The notes under the pieces: generated by a model | Database searches by the model: none | Seen by the model: the letters and a program-made list of their open reading frames with translations, nothing else | What the model was told of the DNA's origin: nothing | Part shown: positions 12,400-26,287 of the stretch, piece after piece | Layout: each line of letters begins with the position of its first letter | Position numbering within the stretch: the first letter of the stretch is position 1 | Program-made: the position numbers and the translations under genes | Origin: Antedon mediterranea | Lineage: Eukaryota; Animalia; Echinodermata | Reading direction: 5' to 3' | DNA: 64,000 nucleotides | NCBI RefSeq assembly: GCF_964355755.1 | Contig: NC_092670.1 | Location: 32,972,388-33,036,387, forward strand

Positions 12400-14440
12400 A
12401 CCCCCTATTTAAACACAAGAAAGGTAGAAGAGCAACATGGATATCTCCAGACGGGAAGAGGCAAAATCAGATAGACTATTCTAGTGCAAAAACAGATGAA
12501 GCATAGTATAAAGAACGCTCGTACATACAACTCTTCGGATATTGGCTCTGACAGTACCCTAGTACTAGCAAACATCAACATGAATTTTTTAAAACGTTCA
12601 TTTAAAAACCACAACAACCAAGCGTATAATGTAGACTGATTAATAAGAATGTTGAAGAAGACTTCAGATTGCGATTAAACCAAGCCTTTGAACCTCTCAT
12701 ACAAACGGAAAACGAATATTTAGATATAGAAGAGTTATATGGAAAATCCAAAATAATAACAAATAATACCACAAAAAAAGTAATAGGATATAAGAAACGA
12801 AAACCAATCAGCAATATGCCAATAGAATTTGAAGAATTATGCGAGAAACGAAGAGAAACAAGACTAAAGATGTTAAGCAACCCAAATAATATAGAAATAA
12901 GAGAGCTATACCGCCAACTAAACAAAGATGTAAAGAAGGAGATTAAGAGACGCAAAGCGAAGGTAATCGAAAAGAAAGTGAAACAACTAGAAAGTGACTT
13001 CAGGTTGAATAACAGTCACAACCTGTTTAAAACAGTCAAAGAACTAGTAGGAAAGCCGAAAAAAAATCACTAACTAAGCTAACTAAAAAGGGAAAAGTTT
13101 TAAAGCGCTGGGAAGAACATTTTGAAAAACATCTCAACACGGAATTCTACCAAGAACCAGCAGCGATAAATAACATAACAGTGACTGAAGAAGTGGTAAC
13201 CCCACATGAAAGATTGTCCATCGAAGAAATAGCGTTAGCAATTAAATCACTAAAATCTAGAAAATCACCAGGAATAGATGAGATCACCATGCAGGTGGAG
13301 CCCAATGCAAACGAGGTCATACACATGGCTTCAGTCGCGTGCTAAAGTTAGTGTTTACCGACCAACCGACAGACAAACCGACCGACATAGTGAGTTGTAC
13401 AGTCGCGTTGCATGCGACTAAAAATTCGAGAATATTTAATTGTATCTGGGAAGAAGAGATACTACCAACAGATTGGCAAAAGATGTTAGTTACACCAATA
13501 CATAACAAATGAGACAAGCTCGACCCATCAAATTATAGATCGATTTCTTTACTTTCAATATCCAGTAAAGTATTCTGTAGAATAGATAATAATAAATAGG
13601 ATAAAAGAACCATTTGAAGCAACGTTAGAAGAAAACCAAGTGAACGCAATTTTTGTAATACGACAGATAATGGAAAAGGCTAAAGAACACCAGGTACCTG
13701 TACACTTCTATTTTATTGACTTCAAAGCTGCATTTGATACAATACAACGTCAAGGATGTCTTCTATCACCAACACTTTTTAACATTTTTCTGGAATTTGT
13801 TATGAAAGATCTAAATAGTATTCAACGTTCATTTGATCAGAACAGCAACATCTCACTAGACGTAAGATACGCAGATGACACCACCCTAATCTCATGCATC
13901 TTTACGAAATTACAACTGTCGACCGAAGCGCTTGAGATAGCGTGTAACAAGTGGGGTATTCTAACATCACAATAGACAGCAAGAATGTTGAGCATGTACC
14001 AGAGTTCATTTTCTTATGCAGTGTAGTACCGGGCACTTTTGCGACATATGCATAAAAAACGTGGTGTCTAAAAAATATATGACAGCAGAAAGCTAAACAC
14101 ATTTGAAATTATATGCCAAGAGCAATACTCGGTGTTACGCGTTGAGACAGACTAAGAAATGAAGACATAAGGGACAGATAAGGAACAATCTCCGAAATAA
14201 TAATTCAAAACAAACGAATACGCTGGTTCGGACATGTGATTAGGTGCAGTCCAAACACATATGTTAACAGAAGTTACTAAACATACTTTAACAAAAGACC
14301 AAGAGGTCGTCCGCCAAAGAGATGGAGGATCAACTAAAAGATGATACCGGCTTACCTCTACTAACAGAACGGAACGCGCTATAAAAGAAACCGCTGGCGC
14401 GATAAAAACAACAAGAGGATTACGCAATTAAGTCAAGTCA
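12400..14440 (+). mobile_element. Decayed RTE-like non-LTR retrotransposon (endonuclease + RT fragments)
   Basis: Fragments TWISPDG..QIDYILV..SSDIGSD (APE endonuclease C-terminus), FIDFKAAFD, RQGCLLSPTLFN and YADD; multiple stops and deletions; (AAGTC)n tail near 14430; interrupted by a short HINE. Confidence 0.8.
13308..13424 (-). mobile_element. Short HINE copy nested in the RTE element
   Basis: Same AGTCGC/CACGCGACT subterminal repeats and GTCY repeat as 11423-12256. Confidence 0.7.
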
Positions 14441-14969
14441 TTATTAAATCATCGTTTAAAGGGGTTCTGATGCCATCGTTTATTTGGGGAAGGTGATTAT
14501 GGAGAGGTGCCATGGGATAATAAGGAGTTCTTCCTACATAAAACATGAATAAAACCTTACTTGTAAAGTTTGCAGTCATCTCAGACAGCCACTCAAAAAC
14601 GCCTTCTGTGTTTATATCATTGTAGGAAATCCAAGCTTTATTTGAATTGGAATCCTCAGTAAATCGTTTAAGTATCCATTCGTTTTCTTCTGCACTTGAA
14701 ATTTCAACCAAATCACCAGTAAAAGTCTGGCATGTACTCCTTTTAGAACTCCACGTATCAGCTGTGTTCGTGAGCCAGTAACATTTTGAAAATACGGCAT
14801 TGTAATGCCATCCTGTCGGACACCCTGACGTGTTTGGAGAGAAATTAATTAATTAAATAATGTTATTATTATCAAAAAAAAGCCAAAGATATGAAAAAAG
14901 GAGCTCGAAATTCGAATTATATTTTTTTATACTAATTAGTAAAAAGATTGCACAACAATCACCCGACCA

Positions 14970-15172
14970 CTGAAATGGCTATGATTAATGGCCAATTTTT
15001 TTTTCGTCTTCCAAAGGGACACTGTATTGATTGATGGAAAGTGCCTGTTTCCAGTCACCTTTAGGGTCAAATCCATTATTTTAACTGCTCCCTTGTGTAT
15101 AAAAGAGAGAAAATATTTGAAACTAAGGTGAACTTATCTTAAACCCGGAAATTACTTTGACTAGGAAGAATG
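14970..15172 (-). mobile_element. Internal fragment of Helitron family 2
   Basis: Matches about 9040-9262 (ctgaaatggctatgattaatggcc...aaacccggaaattactttgac). Confidence 0.75.
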
Positions 15173-16843
15173 CGTTTAGATTATAAATGCATAGCTTGTA
15201 CCCACGTTTCCACATGTTTAGTTTTTCCACGTATTTTTACATAAAAAAAAACAAAATGCTGTGGATGACAAAACATAAATTCAAACAAACCAAACATGTA
15301 CAGAATTATTATCAATTTTATTTTTCCTTAACATTGAAATACATTTTAGTTGTACTTTTAACTATTCACATTACACTATTGCATGATCGGTGTATGATAA
15401 GCTTAACTAGATTCTGATTGATTTTACTGTTACTTCAAGCCACTGCTGCTGGATCCATTATAACAGTTGACTACTTTTGTACAACACTTACAAACAAATC
15501 AATCCAGCTTAAAATGAAAGTAAAACTCTATCTTAATATTTGGTGTAAATTAATTGTGCTATAAAACAAAGTGAAATTATAATAACAAAAGTGCAAAGTG
15601 CATACGATAGTGAGTTTAAGCACAGGGGAATAATTATTCACCATCATTTTTTGTTTAGCTCAAATCGCTTTTCAAATTTTTTTAAATTGGTACTTTTAAA
15701 TACCTTATTGTCAAAATCTTTAAAAACTTGTTCCTGTAAGAACACAAGTATTTGGTACTGTTTGGGATTAGACAAGTCCCAAACAGCCCATTAATAATAG
15801 GACCATCTTAATTATGCCGGCATCACTACAATCAATAGCCTCTCCATCGGCCAAAATGAACCCACTATTGTATTTATCTTCATCATCGAAGCTGACATCA
15901 CAACCAGGTTAGGTGGCTCAGATCGTTTAGAAGTTGGTTTGAAGTTTTTCGCCTAAAATAATGAATGACCACCAACATTTTTAGACCTTTAATTTTAAAC
16001 AATATATATGGGTAGGACTTCAGTACAACCAAATTATTTATTTTAGCCAGTCTTTATACCTAAAATTAATTGGAAATCCTTTGAATTATTTGTTTATTTG
16101 TCTTTGCTTACAATGGACAGACAAACCCACAACAATACTCTAAAGTTATGCCAGAAACAGCCAAATCCCCACTATTCCATCTAGCCAAAGAACACAATAA
16201 TGGAAATTAAGTATACAGTATAAATAACAACATTTAGTACGTACCTCCACTAAACTTATCACATCTTCATGCTGTTTTGTGCTTTTTAGGTTGACTGCCT
16301 TTTGAAGCTGTAGCGAAACCAAACAAACACTTTTGTCACTGTCATCATTCTATCAAGAAATTTAACATAATTAGTATAATTAAATATAGACTACATACAG
16401 TTTGCCATCTTATATAGTTGTTATACAAGAAAATGCACGACAATTCAATTCAGGTATCCAGAGGCTTCTGGGGTGGATGCTAGGTTGAAATTAGGCTGGG
16501 TGGAAGCACTTGAAATAAGCTCTAAAAAATTACATCTCTGCTGTATAGGTAAAATACATTCTGATCATTTAAACTAAATTATTAGAAACCAATCCCATTA
16601 AATTAGACATAGTTCTAGATCCATAAAACAATGTGTATGCTTACATTTTCTGGCTCTGTATTCATCAGAATGTTAATCATCTTTTGCATATTTTCTTAAA
16701 GTTTCTCACAGTTAGTTCAGCCATCAGCAAGAAGAACTCTTTCATTATCTATAAAAATAAGAAAAAAAAAGTTAATAGGCGTCATGTAAACTATCTAATG
16801 TATTACAATGAACATTTTTATTCCCTGTATTATATTAACTATC

Positions 16844-18254
16844 TAGGTCGTGCCCACAGATGGTTCTCGAATACATAATGATTTCAGCGTTAAAAAACTG
16901 GCGATTTCAAATGTACAATAATGCAGGACAATAATACATGTCGTTTACAGGAACGAATAAATAGACACTGTGATTTATGTACTCAACTAAAATTAGCACC
17001 CTGGGAATTACTTCCGAAAGAGAAACTTGTTACAAAATGAGACCAATTGTTTTAAAAGTCAGATTTAAACTAACTTATTTTGTGTTTTGTATGTAACATT
17101 ATGGTTGAGGGATGGGAAAGAGGATGGGTGCAAAGAGGAACAATTTTTAATTATATTTTTTATTTTGTAACGAAATATTAATTGTTTTCATGTTTTACAA
17201 ATAATATACCACTAAACACAGTAAAACATTGCGATGTAATACTTTGTTGAAACTATCACCGTCGTAGTCGATTGAAATAGTACAGTACATGTAACGATAC
17301 ACTACGACGTATGTTTATATATAATGTTAAACAATTTTTCAAAACCACCTCTATTCGGGGAAAATCATAAATTTGATTTAATCGTCAATAAATATTAAAT
17401 TATCTAACTCAACTTAATTAGTAGGCCTAATGGTTTTCAATTGTTTCTTAGAGCCAATTCATAATTAAGTTGGTTCCTACCCTACCCACCAAAGTTGTTC
17501 TGCGTTTAGGGCATGTGATGCACCGTATAGGCTTATCCTCTACTGGCTTTACAACGCTACTCATGCCAGGGCAGTGAGGGAAGGGTGATGATGTGGGTGG
17601 TTTAAATGCAATAATAAATATTTGTACATAATATACGGCGACTGAAAACGCTAGCTCATTATCCGTTTAAAAAAATTTATATCCAACCTCTGCAGTACAG
17701 ATTGGAAAAAAAATGGATCGAATTTCTGTTATGAGTATACAGTACTTGCCTTTACGACGCCTGAGGGAATAGACACTTGTGTAACAGAGATTGGAATGTT
17801 CCATTCATCGCAAATCAATACATTTATATAAACGTATATTAAATCTATCAAAATAGTATTTTTTAAAGAAAATCGGCCTGTCTTCAACATTATGATGCTG
17901 TACTCGAGCTGTTCAACCGGTTTTCAGCCATTAAAAACAATTATCGTAGGAGGAGATAGGAAAATGCGAAGCCTCCTCGCATTTTTGTGGCGGGTATTTT
18001 TCAAGATGGACATCCATTAGACAGTGTATACCACGATCGAAAAACACCCCTATTTGGGGCAAATCGTTGAACCTAAATTCGTTTTAATCGTCAATAACTA
18101 ATTACCGAACTCAATTTAATTAGTAAACAGGGTTACATCAGGTGGTTAAAATCAGTACCGACAGTACGAACCAACTTTATATACCATCGAGTAAACATTC
18201 TAGAAATAACGCGCGATTTACCGAATTTTGCCCTTACGTAAATTTATATATAGA
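16844..18254 (-). mobile_element. Non-autonomous Helitron, family 1, lacking the terminal hairpin
   Basis: Colinear with 38280-39707; 5' end TCTATATATAAATTTACGTAAGGG. Confidence 0.8.
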
Positions 18255-18981
18255 TTAATATCATTCAAATAGGTTATGGTAACAACTTTGACATTCTGTG
18301 TGTGTGTGTTTGTTTTTGAAAAACAATGTGATGCGCCCAGGTACGGTATAACCATACAAATGTCATCATGACCATTATAAAGGCACATGATAATTATTTT
18401 TTTTGTCAAATAAAATTTGACAGTCTGGACCAAGCATTTCAAGTTTAGGTAACGTAGTCATACGTATGCCATTTGATCACGCACATTACAACACAAACAA
18501 TTAAAAAATGTTCAACCTCCTAAAATTAAAATTTGTTTCAATCACTCACTCATACATTAAGATACTACATAACAAAATATAGCATTATGAAATTACATTA
18601 AAACTCACTGGTTTTAAGGATAGGAAATTCTGTGACAATGGTATGTACATAACCATCCTTCAATAGTCTTAGCCAGTCTCTTCTCTTGGCAAATGTTTCT
18701 CTCTGCAATCTTGTCAGTTTTGGTTTGTCCATATTTACTTCACTGTACTGCTGCTTCATTATACCAATTGCTTCCTGATATGTTTCTTCAGTATCATCAC
18801 CTTAAATTAGAACAAATAATAATATACTGTAGTGTTAATATAGTGGAACTGAAAATTAGAATATAGTTCAATACAACATTTGAGTTAGATAATTACATAA
18901 TTAGAAAATTGATTGGGCCTAGGCCCCTAGGCCTATACTAGAATTAGAAACACACTACAAAAAATATTTGGATTTAAAGTA

Positions 18982-20151
18982 CGCTGTGGCTAAAGATACG
19001 GTACCGTATTCTAACTTCTGTTTACTAAAGGTACGGTAAAATTGCATTACGTCATAATCAGCCAATGGGGTTCTGGTACGTGTGTGACGTCATCATATAA
19101 GGATTTTTTTTCATATCGCGTCTGTTGTATCAAAGAACTTATAACACAAGAATCTCCTGTTCGTCCGAAGCGCGTAACAATTTTGAAAGGCATTGTGGGA
19201 TAGAATAGAGCTATGGGTGGCGCCATTGTGAGCCATGGAGTAGGGCGCCCGCATCAAATTAGAAAGTCAAAATCATAGAGGGGTTCTGCTAATGCTCTAG
19301 GGGGGATAGAGTAATTGACTGAGGAGAAGGGCGCCCGCATCGAATTAGAAAGTCAAAATCACAGAGGGGATCTGCTAATACTCTAGGGGGTAGAGTAATT
19401 GACTTCCTAGTTTGGAGGGGGCGCTGCTCCATGCTGTGAAATGGCGTCGCCCAGTTTGACCTTTTAACCCTGGACTTCCGATACTGTGTTTTGAATGCAA
19501 ATTGAAGAACAGGAGATTCTTGTGTTATAAGTTCTTTGGTTGTATGTAGAGAATTCCTGTCGCCGGCGGCGCCAGGCTGCATGGATGTGTGTGCGCTGAT
19601 GAGGGTTTTATTTTTATTCCAAATGGCCTTTAGGTCTATGTTTTTTTATTAAACTTTGTTTACAATATGGTGACCATAAACAACAAGCAAATGCGGACAA
19701 TAAAGGGGCCCTCAAATACTATGATTTTTAGACAGTAGCCCCAGGGCTGAGTCAATCATCAGCGCACACATGCAGCTGGCCCCAGCCTGGCATCGCTTTC
19801 CCTACACACAAACAAACTCATATAATGAGGTTATAGTTCGTAGTAAGTAGGCCTAGGCCTCTTTTGAAACGGTTTTCTGTATTCTAGAATTAGAATCAAC
19901 ATGTTTTGGCTTTTTAATAATAATAACAGACGTAGGCTACATTTAGTTTTTGTCTTACACGACGGCGATAATAGCGATAAATGAAGCATAAAGAAAATGC
20001 GGTTGATACTGTTTTCGCGATATGAAAAAAAAATCCAAAGTCCTTATACGATGACGTCACACACGTACCAGCTGGTTATGACGTAATGCAATTTTACCGT
20101 ACCTTTAGTAAACAGAAGTTAGAATACGGTACCGTATCTTTAGCCACGGCG
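18982..20151. mobile_element. MULE-like non-autonomous element with long TIRs
   Basis: About 140-bp TIRs (cgctgtggctaaagatacggtaccg... / ...cggtaccgtatctttagccacggcg) and a 9-bp TSD TTTAAAGTA at 18973-18981 and 20152-20160. Confidence 0.8.
19131..19538. mobile_element. P-element-like MITE nested in the MULE-like element
   Basis: Perfect 32-bp TIR CAAAGAACTTATAACACAAGAATCTCCTGTTC, 7-bp TSD GTTGTAT and an internal ~88-bp tandem repeat. Confidence 0.75.
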
Positions 20152-20710
20152 TTTAAAGTATCAACAGTAGTTCATATTGAGAAAATCACTACTAGGCCTA
20201 GTACTACTATCTATTAAGTTGTGCCTACTAACACCGGCTACTCTACTTTAGCCTAGGCCTGACTGAGGAAGGAGCCTACATGCTTCTAGCCTAGCCCCCC
20301 CTACTATACTAGCCTAGCTCGGCCTAGCTAAGCTAGGCCTAGAGTAGTAGAGGCCTGGTATGGCTGAGGCTAGGCCTATGCTAATAATATAATAATTATT
20401 ACAATAGAAGACGAACAAATGGGATCCTTACGTGTACACATCATTTTCTGTGTATTTAATTTTAGTAATACTAAACCGATCATGTGGATAAGAGTATTTA
20501 ATTGTGTAGAAAGAAGAAGACGATATGAGACGTCATGACAGTTGATTTTTTTTTTCAAACAACGGCGCCAGAGAGAGAGGTCAGCGGATCAACCTTCTTT
20601 CATTGGTTTATATCTCAAAGCATGTGATCACATGGGCCACGAGGGCGGACTTTCAATTTGTCTTGTTTTTAGTCTAGTCCGTACTTTTTGTCAAATATAC
20701 GCCCCGGGGT

Positions 20711-21614
20711 GCGATTTTTTTTTTCGTACATAAGTTGGGAACCCCCTCATGAAACGTCACAAAATAAACATGAATAATTCATCAGTTTAAATGTTCTTGT
20801 TCCGTGTGCACCCAAGCGTATAGCAACAAGAAGTTATTACACAAGTGCGGTACGATTCTAGGCCTATCTCCGCGCTGTTGTTGCGGCGTGCGATTTCATA
20901 GAAGAATAGCGGTGTTTTGTGTGGATTGTCGAAATAATCAGCCTTTAGTTTATAATAGTGTTTTTAATAATTATAATGTATTACTAAAGAATTACGTGTT
21001 AAAATTATAGTTTCTATTAATACTATTAGGCCTAGGCCTAATTATTAGTCTCTAAACATATGTCTATTCTCGTAGAGCTGTGTGTGTGTGTGTTATAGGT
21101 ATGACACAATCCGAGTAATAAGTCAGCAAAATTAAACAATAAACATTACACAAAAATACATTTTTTATTCTCGTGGGTCTAATCTTCCCATCTCATGTGT
21201 TCATATACGCGCATTTTTAAAGTTCCTTTGAGTACATGCATTGTTTGATAATAAAATAGCAGAATTAAAAAAAATACAGTACACAAATTATACACATTCT
21301 TTATTCTTGTGGGTCTAAGCTTTCTTTGGGCTATGTCCAATGAATTACTACTTAGTTTAATGTCTTGCCTAGCTGTCGATTAGCCTCGACTCGACACATT
21401 TTGTGTGAAGAAGAGTGCGCGAAGGCAATCGCGTGAATTGACTTAGAATCCTAGGCCTACTGTAGAAAGTATCGTATCGCAGTTGTGTAATCGCTTCTTG
21501 TTGCTATACGCTTGGGTGCACACGGAACAACACATTTAACTGATGAATTATTCATGTTTATTTTGTGACGTTTCATGAGGGGGTCCCCAACTTATGTACG
21601 AAAAAAAAAATCGC
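20711..21614. mobile_element. Second MULE-like non-autonomous element
   Basis: About 165-bp TIRs starting GCGATTTTTTTTTTCGTACATAAGTTGGG, and a 9-bp TSD CCCCGGGGT at 20702-20710 and 21615-21623. Confidence 0.8.
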
Positions 21615-23599
21615 CCCCGGGGTAGTTTTGTTGAGGGACATTTTAGGGGAAGTTTATTTGAGGGAGGTGTTTATTTATGGGCGGAATTTATTCGAGGAAA
21701 AAGTATAAATAAACGCCCGGGGCGTTTGTTTGAGGGATTTTTTATTCTAAATAACGTTCCACTGTGGGTGAGAGAGGAGTTTATTCGAGGCTGGGACCAA
21801 TATAAGAGCGGCAGCGATTATTCGCATAAATGGTGTGTCGATACCAATAATACAATTGATAGGTATAGAAGGTTAAAATTGAATTCCAGACAAGTCCAAG
21901 TTTATATTTATATAAATCATAAGGTATTTAGTTTTTAAAGCTCCACATGTTTAGCGACCATAGGATAAATTCAACTCATGGCCTATGAATGCTAAACATG
22001 TTTAGCTAGTGACATGTTTATACACGATCTTATAGGCTAAACACGTAACCAACATGTTTTAAAGCTCCACGTGTTTAGCTGATTATCCATCAGCTCTACA
22101 TGTTTAATTGACCCATGAGTGGAGCCCATGCGTGGAGCTTTAAATTACTGCAGACATAATCCTATACAGGCAAGCTATACGCTTGCTAAACGCTTGCTAA
22201 ACGTGTTTATTCCTAAACATGTGGATAAATTCAACACGTATGAGACAGGTTGAATGCTAAACATGTGGAGCAATACAACACATCAGTCTACACGTGTTTA
22301 TATTTTAAACACATACTTGTAGGTTAAACACGTTTAAAAGCTCCACGTTGTTTTTACAGTGTACATGTAATATATTTGTTAGTCTAAATTTAGGCCTATA
22401 TATACAAAGATGAACTACGAGTATCGGGTCTATTTAGTTTCTCTTCAAAGGTGGCAAGTAAATGCATTCAGGAAGATGTGTGCAAAATGATGAAAAATTA
22501 GCATGCGACTTTTGTAGGCCATAAGCGTTATTATCTAATACTTAGATACTAATACAATAAGACGTACACATTTATACGAACTATAACAAATAAAATGCGC
22601 GCACAAACACAAAATAAAACCAAAAAAATTAGCAAATCAGCCTAAAATCATGACTAAAACTATACTAAATAAAATCATACCTGCATCACAGATTACTTGA
22701 TGTGTAATAACCAAAATTGACAGTAGTGTACTTCTTGCTTCCATTTTTACACAAATTCATCAAACTATCAAATAAAACGGCTAATTAAAAACATTATTGA
22801 AGTTGAAACATTCGTTGCTGTATTTATGGAGGCATACAGTAATTACTGTTACACACGATGAACTATTACTATGATCTATACTGTACCTATCCTTCTCATA
22901 AAGATAAAATAATTACCTGAATGAATAAAACTATTGATGAACATGCATTACACGCCAATGAAATTGATTGGAAGAAAAAAACAAGGAATAACTAAATAAT
23001 TACACGATACTTCTCTGTTACCATGGTGTTACATGTTACGCATAAATAAAAGAGTACACAAAATAAGCTCACAATACGCTAGTAAACCACACTATATCTA
23101 AACAATCACCAATTTGTATTTTCAAGATGCTATCAGATGACCGAGAATCGGGTGATCTTCTAACTAGTGTAAGCTATTGTTTGTATCAAAATCATATTAT
23201 GTAGTGCTGATCAATTTTAATGTTAATAATATTCAAGTAAACGCTTATTTCTTTCCTTTTTTAAAGATTTTACAAATGAATATTAGTAAGTGAAATTTAA
23301 ATTTACATAAACCCCCTGCCTCTAATTATCGCAAAACGCCATACAATGCATGGTGTGCGAACATATGTCACTCCAAGATACAGTACCCTAATATTGAAGT
23401 ACCTATGTTTTTTTAAACTTTGTAAGCATTTTAATATTAATAATATCAAATCAATATATAGCCTGATGTGAAATTGTTTTAATCTTAACGATTATAGACA
23501 AGGTGTTTAAATCAAAGATGCTCTCCAGCTAGAATGCCATCTTGAGATGAGAGAGCATCGTCTTGTATCATTCAGTACATTTTTTTGTGTTATTAAACA

Positions 23600-25397
23600 A
23601 GATTCGTGCCACCTATATCGTGCCCACAGATAGTTCTCGAATACACATAATAAATTCATCGTAAACAAACTAGCGATTCCAAATGTACGTACCACAGGAC
23701 ATGTTTACAGGAATGAATTACTAGACACGGTGATTCGTATGTAGTCAACTAAAATTAGCACCCTTCCGAAAGAGAAACTTGTTTTTATTCTTTTTATTTA
23801 TTTTTTTATTTATTCAGATCCAACAGTGTATCAATTTTGTTACAAAATGAGTTAAACTTTTTTTAACACATTGTTGAAACTGTCATAGTCGACTGAAATA
23901 GTAAGGTACATGTAACGATACACCACTACGATGTTTACATTGTGTGTAATTATTAATTTATACAAACGTTGATGATAAGCAACTGTCAGTAACTAAATAT
24001 TTGTATTCATGTTTTATAAATAATATACCACTAAACAAAGTAAAAAAATTGCTGAAACTGTCACTGCCATAGTCGATAGAAATCGTAAAGTAGGCTACAT
24101 GTAACGATACACCACTACCGCGTTTATATTTTTTGTAATTATTAATTAATACAAACGTTGAGAAGCAACTGTCAGTAATAAAGTTTATTCATCGCTTCAA
24201 ATGGCGATCAAAATTATACCTAAAGTTTATCCCCCAAGGCTTCATACATTTACCTACTTGTGTTAAATACCAAATATTCATACAGGGAGACTGTTGTCCT
24301 ATTAATCACTACGCAATACATTTGTATAAACGTATTTTAAATCTATCCAAATAATATTTTTAGTCGCGTGGAATCTATAGTTCACTATGTCGGTCGGTCG
24401 GTCGGTCGGTCTGTCGGTCTGTCGGTCTGTCTGTCGGTCCAGTATCACTATGCGTTTTATCGCTTTCTGACCTTATCTTGATATCAGTTTAATCTAGCTA
24501 AGTCAATTTTTCACAGTATATTCCTTATGGCCAGGAATCGATGTGGTTATGTTTTCACGGTGCGCAATACGCAAGATTTAACGAAATCACGTTTGTAATC
24601 ATATCTTCACAACCATGAATCACAATTAAATAAAATGTGGTACTCATAAATTTCAGGGCATAAATCATCATATGGCAATACAATTACGTGCATAGCGAAT
24701 GTAACGCATGCGTACGCGCACTTAAAATTTTCAAAATTTATTTTCGATGAAATAAGAGTACGTTCCAGGCAATTTTAAGCGTTTACAAAATTGCCATGAG
24801 TGCGCAGATTTTTGCACGCGCACTGCACGTTAAATGTTATTGCGCACTCTTTTTGCCCGCTTTCTGTTTTCTTGACTTACTTTTCAACTCTAAATTACGT
24901 TATACGAGCACGTCAAAAGTGACAGGCTACGCACGTGTAAATTAAACAAATATAACTGTTTTTAAACATTTCAACATTTTTAAACATGTTCAGTAATTTC
25001 GGTCAGTTGGTAGGTTGGTCGGTCGGTCGGTAAACACTAAGCACGCGACTGCAGCCATCTATATGGCCTTGGTTTTTTCTTAAATCGGCTTGTCTTCAAT
25101 ATTATGTACTCGAGCTGTTTAACCAAATTTCAGCTATTAAAAACAATTGCCGTAGAAGGAGATAGGTAAATGTGAAGACAGTAACCATAAAACACCCCTA
25201 TTTGGAAATCGTTGAACCTCAATTTGTTTTAATCGTCATTAAATAATTATCCAGCTCAACTATAAAAGTAAACAGGGTTACATTAGGTGGTTAAAATCAG
25301 TGTGGAACGTATGCACCAACTTTATATACCATTGAGTAAAAATTCTAGAAGTAACGCGCGATTTACCGAATTTTTCCCTTACATAAATTTATATATA
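23600..25397 (-). mobile_element. Diverged Helitron family 1 copy interrupted by a HINE
   Basis: Homologous blocks to 38247-39707 (cgtgcccacagatagttctcgaatac ... atttaccgaatttttcccttacataaatttatatata). Confidence 0.7.
24360..25072 (+). mobile_element. HINE/DINE-1-like element
   Basis: TTTT-AGTCGCGTGG ... (GTCG/GTCT)n ... CACGCGACT, GCCAT-ctat-ATGGC stem-loop, then cttgg-TTTTTT; inserted into a T-run of the host Helitron. Confidence 0.78.
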
Positions 25398-26287
25398 CTA
25401 GATGGTACGCTCATAAATTCGATTTAATCGTCAATAAATATTAAATTATCTAACTCAACTTAATTAGTAGGCCTAATGGTTTTCAATTGTTTTTTAGAGC
25501 CAATTCATACTTAAGTTGGTTCCTACCCTACCCACCAAAGTTGTTCTGCGTTTAAGGCATGTGATGTACCGTAGGCCTATTCTCTACTGGTTTTACAACG
25601 CTACTCATGCCAGTGAGGGAAAGGTGATGATGTGGGTGGTTTAACTGCAATAATAAAGATTTGTACATAATATACGGCGAGTGAAAACGCTAGCTCATTA
25701 TCCGTTTAAAAAAAAATTATATCCAACCTCTGCAGCACAGATTGAAAACAAAATGGATCGAAGTATACAGTACTGTACTTGCCTTTACGACGCCTGAGGG
25801 AATAGACACTTGTGAAACAGAGATTGGAATGTTCCATTCATCGCAAATCAATACATTTGTATAATCGTATATTAAATCTATCAAAATAGTATTTTTTAAA
25901 GAAAATCGGCCTGTCTTCAACATTATGATGATGTACTCTAGCTGTTCAACCAGTTTTCAGCTATTAAAAACAATTATCGTAGGAGGAGATAGGAAAATGC
26001 GAAGCCTCCTCGTATTTTTGTGGCGGGTATTTTTCCAGATGGACATCCATTAGACAGTGTATACCACGATCGGAAAACACCCCTATTTGGGGCAAATCGT
26101 TGAACCTAAATTCGTTTTAATCGACAATAACTAATTACCTAACTCAATTTAATTAGTAAACAGGGTTACATCAGATGGTTAAAATCAGTACCGAAAGTAT
26201 GAACCAACTTTATATATCATCGAGTAAAAATTCTAGAAATAAACCCAGATTTACCGAATTTTGCCCTTACGTAAATTTATATATAGA
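25398..26287 (-). mobile_element. Internally deleted Helitron family 1 copy, fused head-to-tail to its neighbour
   Basis: Both termini are present (TC...; ...GCGTACCATCTAG). About 560 bp of internal sequence is missing relative to 38247-39707. Confidence 0.8.

Larger units (their letters stand above)
15185..22361 (-). mobile_element. CACTA/EnSpm relic with pseudo-exons of a SAMD3-like accessory ORF
   Basis: The right terminus reads CACTGTAAAAACAAC on the minus strand, followed by about 420 bp of GCTCCACATGTTTAGC/GCTAAACATG subterminal repeats. Spliced remnants: 18608-18801 (LQRETFAKRRDWL..IVTEFPIL), ~16645-16748, ~16245-16330 and ~15650-15952 (LLMGC..WDLSNPKQYQILVFLQEQV). The left terminus was not found. 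Confidence 0.65.
1511..22744 (-). pseudogene. Adhesion GPCR-like copy A (signal - CTL - 2xHYR - duplicated stalk module - GAIN/GPS - 7TM), disrupted
   Basis: Manually spliced exons: 22681-22744 (MEARSTLLSILVITHQVICDA); CTL 14561-14824 and 11214-11335; HYR 10062-10316 and 9718-9960; module 7872-7921/7439-7547/~7155-7247, repeated at 6183-6240/5830-5938/~5580-5681; ~5016-5100; 4764-4884; 4507-4571 (CVFLD); GPS 4141-4252 (WSDAGM...CYSEHLTSFSVLM); 7TM exons ~3768-3871, 3564-3669, 2805-3025, 2599-2665, 2219-2322, 1936-2104, 1511-1585. Lesions: CTL exon 2 is 122 nt (frameshift) and there is a TAA at 3818-3820 in TM1. Confidence 0.85.

Noticed and set aside
14968-14972. CACTG as the left terminus of the CACTA element
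   Set aside because: It is not followed by TAAAAA or subterminal repeats and runs into Helitron family 2 sequence.
20679-21800. Tc1/pogo-like MITE hosting the second MULE-like element
   Set aside because: The motifs are suggestive, but matching TIRs and a TA TSD could not be fixed.
21937-22361. Array of short semi-palindromic repeats, superficially CRISPR-like
   Set aside because: Irregular spacing, both orientations, eukaryotic context and adjacency to a CACTG terminus indicate CACTA subterminal repeats.
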